From: Euglena gracilis
Lineage: Eukaryota
Length of the DNA: 64,000 nucleotides
Assembly: GCA_039621445.1 (NCBI GenBank)
Contig: CP154954.1
Location: 36,751,703 to 36,815,702, forward strand
Reading direction: 5' to 3'
The translations under genes were made by a program, and so were the position numbers. Shown here piece after piece: positions 60,195 through 64,000 of this stretch. Below the pieces are notes generated by a model, which saw only the letters and a list, made by a program, of their open reading frames with translations, was not told the origin of the DNA and made no database searches. The first letter of the stretch is position 1, and each line of letters begins with the position of its first letter.

Positions 60195-63006
60195 CAAGCA
60201 CCTATAGCTAAAATGGCCTAAAATGGCCTAAAATGGCCTAAAATGGCCTAAAATGACTTTTTGACCCCCTATAGGTGGGGGTCCCTAAAATGGCCTAAAA
60301 TGGCCTAAAATGGCCTAAAATGGCCTAAAATGGCCTAAAATGGGAAAAATTCTGTTGCGCAACATTTTTTTGTGAACAGCTGAAGCCATTCAGGCAATGA
60401 TTTTCGTGTTTTTGTCTTTTGTGGACGATGGGTTGGGGCGTGGGGAGGGGGGGGTAGGTGCGAATGGGAGACGCAGGGGTGCGAGCGTGAGGGGCGGGTG
60501 AGGGAGAGAGTAGGAGGGGGTAGAAGGGAGGCGTTGGTGGTTCTTGGGCCGTGGCTGAGTCTGTTGCTTGTATTTTTTTTTTGTGACAGCTTGAAGCATT
60601 CAGGCAATGGGGGGATTTTCGTGTCGGGGGTTGTTAATGTGGACGGAAAATACAGAGCGAAATAAAAAAACAAACAGTGGATTTGGTGGAGGAGCCCCAC
60701 AAGGCCCATGGTTTTATCCCAACTAACACTCATATCAGTCCCCAAATCCACAGCCTCAAACTTTTTTTGGTGGCTGAATTTTGAAGGTTTGGACGGATCC
60801 TTTTTTCTTACTCCTATCTTGTTGGTGTGCACCGATGTTTGTTTCGTAAATAATGAAACGGAAGCATGGGGGAAAAGTCAAAAAAGAGATGGAAGATGTT
60901 GGAAAAATCTCAATTGAACTATAAAATTCTAGCATTATCATATAATATAACTTTTGTAAGTAAATTTAATATTTCATTTTTTGAATACACATTTTATTAT
61001 TATAGATATTCTATGTATTTTATGTGGATATTTAGTGTGGGTATTTTATTATTATTGATTTTGTTGATATATTTTCCATATTTATAAAAGATTTTATAGT
61101 CATCAATTTTTAATTGTGGAATTATATTAGAATATAATATTAACAATATATTTAATGCAGTTTTAGTAAAACAAATAACACATGTTTGCATACAATTTCA
61201 TTCAATTTCATACAATATTTGGTAATAAAATATATATAAGTTGAAATTAATAAATATATGTATGAAGTAAAAATGATATTGATATAATATGTAATTGTAC
61301 AATAATTATTACTGCAATCATATTATCAATAAAATTGGAATAATGTTGGTATATTTAATATGATAGAATATGATATATGTTATCCGTCAATAGGTACAGG
61401 ATTAGACATATATATTTCACCTGTTGCCTGGTCAATATTAATAAAATACTCACAGTAGATATCTACATAACATACATAAAATATCTATAATAATAAAAAA
61501 TAAAAAAAAAAAAATGAAATATTAAATTTACTTACAAAAGTTATATTTATATGATAATGCTAGAATTTTATAGTTCAATTGAGATTTTCCCGACATCTTT
61601 CATCTCTTTTTGACTTTTCCCCCATGCTTCCATTTCATTATTTACGAGACAAACATCGGTGCATAGTATTTTTGCAAATAAATTTTGTTTGTATTATGGA
61701 TCTTAAAAATTATTCTTTAAATATTTATCATAATAATAGAATGAATGATATACATGGCTAAAAACAATGCAAAATAAAATTAATTTCACCACCCCGGATC
61801 TTTCAAAAATGGGGTGGGGCGAGGCTTATTTTGGAGGCTTTCTGCTTGGGGTTGGACGGCGGCGGGTGGGCAAGCACGAGTTGAGGATGTTCATTTTGTG
61901 ACCAGGGGGTTTTTTGTTCTGAAAAATTTTCCGCCGCTCCAAATCTCACCTGGCTTCGTCTTCTCTGTGGAGTTTTGGTTTTTCGGGTCGGAATCCGCCC
62001 GTGGGTTTGCTGAGGGTGGGGGGCTGTGTCATGAGGGTGGCTTTGGGAGGTGTTGCATTTGTTTATTTGGACCCGGGTTGCCCTCAGGTATTTTTGGGGG
62101 CCGGTTTTGTCTCGCCGGGACACGATTATAACAAACCCGGACCGGCGAGGCCCGTCTTGTGTGTTGCCCCAAAATGTCCGGGTTTCCGAGGCTTTGCGTA
62201 TAGGTTTTTCACCCCCCCTTTGGGATGGTTCTGTTGTTCCCCGGACTGCTGTTCGTGTCGTGTTGTCACTTCCATCGGCCTCCCCTTCGTCCCCGGGCCG
62301 GGGGGGGACGTGGCCGCCGTTTTTTTCCCCCCCCCCCGGCGGGGGGGTTCTTGGCCGGGGGCTTTCGGGGGGGGAGGGTGATGATGCGCGCGTAAAATGG
62401 GGCTCGCTGGCCAGGTGTCACTGCTTCGCGCCCATGTCAGCGGGTAGGTGGCCTTGGGGGGGGGGGGGGGGGGTGCGGAGGGGTGGGGGGGGGGGTGGGG
62501 GGGGCGAGGGGGCGGGGGGGTGGGTGGTGGGGGGGGGCCTGGTTTCCTGGGCGGTATTTTGGTGTGTTTTTTTTTTTTTTTGATTACCAAAATGGTTTTC
62601 GTATTGAATCTACCAGGAGTTTTTTGTTTTTTAGCATCACATTGAATTTTAAATTTTGTTAAGTTTTTTTTCTCTGAAAATTTTACTGCAGTAATTCTAT
62701 GTTCCAGTTCCCTATGTGGCTTTCTATGAGTATAGATTGTGAGCCTTCCCATGGTTTTGATCCGTGTTTCATTATTTTGGCATGCTTTTTTGGATGTACA
62801 TTTGGTATACTGAAACAAGATAAGGTTTGCACACGTATGATACTGGTTTTCGGGACAAAAATGACCAAAAAATTTTGGTTTCAGAACCCCCACTATACCT
62901 AAAATGGCCTACATGGCCTTTAACTGGCCTAAAATGGCCTAATAAAATGGCCTTAAAATGGCCTAAAATGGGGAAGGAAATTTTTTGGGCTTGACTATAG
63001 GTGTTG
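60195..63006. mobile_element. 2.8-kb non-autonomous TIR element with 8-bp TSD and AAAATGGCCT subterminal repeats
   Basis: Ends CAAGCACCTATAG / CTATAGGTGTTG. Perfect TSD CCCCCCAC (60187-60194 / 63007-63014). 10-bp repeats at ~60208-60340 and ~62898-62970. No transposase ORF. Confidence 0.85.
60828..61663. mobile_element. AT-rich foldback element with ~230-bp inverted arms
   Basis: 60828-61058 (tgcaccgatgtttgtttcgtaaataatgaaa...) is the near reverse complement of 61432-61663. ~370-bp AT-rich spacer. No clear TSD. Confidence 0.88.
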
Positions 63007-63325
63007 CCCCCCACCCCCTGGTCAGGGTTAGCTAAGCCGGAGGGACCAAGGGGGGGGGGGGTTCCAGCCAGGCAGCAGCTCCAGCGGACTGCAAACCTCC
63101 TGGTATCGTCCAAAGAAAGTTGGACCGGAAACAGGGGTTCAAAAACATGGCCCGAAAAAACTGCTGTTTTGAAGCCCCCCACCCAACCCCCCGGGGGGCC
63201 CGGGGGGTACGGACAACTCTCTCATTTTCCCCCGAAAATGGCCAAAGATCGCGAAAATGCTAAAAATAGCACCTTTTTCAAAAACTTTCGGTGCCGAAAA
63301 GTATATCCAACCCCCCCCCCCCCCA

Positions 63326-63831
63326 CCGGTTGGATGGGAAGCCCTTGGTTTATTGAGTTGAGTTTTCGGTGGGTGGGTCCGTGCGACCACCCCACCCCCG
63401 GGGGCGGGTGGTGGGGGGGGGTGGTGACCACCCCCCCGCCCCCCCCCTAGACGTTGGGGGATCCGGACCCCCACCCCCCTCCTTCACAGGTGCCAAAAAT
63501 AGCAGAAAATTTTCTTCCGGTGCTGTGCGCCGGAAAATGAGCAAGAAACACCTCTTTTGCTGACTTTTTGGCCATATTGCCCATTTTCTTTGATGTGTTG
63601 GTGTTTTCCCCCCAAAAAATGTTCAAAAGTTTCAAAAAACGAGCATTTTTGGATCGATTTTCAAAGAAAAATCAGGGATTTTTGACCGATTTCGACCCAA
63701 TTTCCGGCCCTTTGCCCGTCCATGAAATGAAAACCCCCCCCCCCCCCCGTTTCGAGGCACCCCCCCCCCCCCCCCCGTGTCGGGAGGGGGGGTCCGACCC
63801 ACCCCCTCTCAAGGCTTCCCATCCAGCCCTG
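63326..63831. mobile_element. hAT-like MITE (CAGGGATGGATGG family)
   Basis: Colinear with 43499-44004. Left TIR degenerate. Confidence 0.8.
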
Positions 63832-64000
63832 CCCCCCTCCCTGCCAAGGGGGGTCCAGCCGTGCCTGCATTTTTTCCAGCCAGGAGCTCCCAACCGGGCT
63901 GTGGACCCGCCCTCAGGGTCCACTGGGGACTTTTCTAGGCAAGGGCCTAGAAAAGAAACCTCATACACTTGCATTTTCTCCCACATCCATCCCCCCATTC

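Noticed and set aside
60866-61500. Mitochondrial gene fragment (NUMT) suggested by AT richness and hydrophobic ORFs
   Set aside because: More than half the region is explained by ~230-bp inverted arms, and I recognise no respiratory-gene motif. An organellar non-coding origin is not excluded.
1-64000. G-quadruplex potential of the many G-runs as a specific signal
   Set aside because: The runs are ubiquitous, mostly paired with C-runs inside MITEs, and homopolymer lengths are error-prone, so no locus-specific claim is supportable.

Overview
Repeat-saturated eukaryotic nuclear DNA with long G/C homopolymers and (CA)n and (GA)-rich tracts. I find no intact protein-coding gene, rRNA, tRNA or CRISPR array, and essentially all ORFs in the track are by-products of repeats. 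Contents: (1) an ~11.3 kb array of a ~199-bp satellite (19664-30960) with subfamilies, a higher-order repeat and a phase-exact internal inversion; (2) two arrays of a 26-29-bp minisatellite inside two copies of a dispersed element; (3) more than 20 short non-autonomous TIR transposons (MITEs), many with readable TSDs, in three end classes: CA(G)...(C)TG with 8-bp TSD (hAT-like), GGTA...TACC with 8-bp TSD (Merlin-like; two carry TTAGGG-like tracts and two are whole-element palindromes), and TA-flanked poly-C-ended (Tc1/mariner/pogo-like); (4) a 2.8-kb 8-bp-TSD element carrying cargo, including an AT-rich foldback; (5) an old tandem segmental duplication with decayed pogo-like coding remnants; (6) a few exon-like fragments, one kinase-like. 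The two most interesting signals are the geometry of the CAG...CTG MITEs, which matches euglenid non-canonical introns (3+5 nt = the 8-bp TSD), and a C-GAA-G mini-hairpin shared by MITE families with different termini. The organism is not identified; a euglenid-like protist is only my inference. Superfamily calls rest on terminal and TSD signatures alone, and homopolymer lengths may be unreliable.
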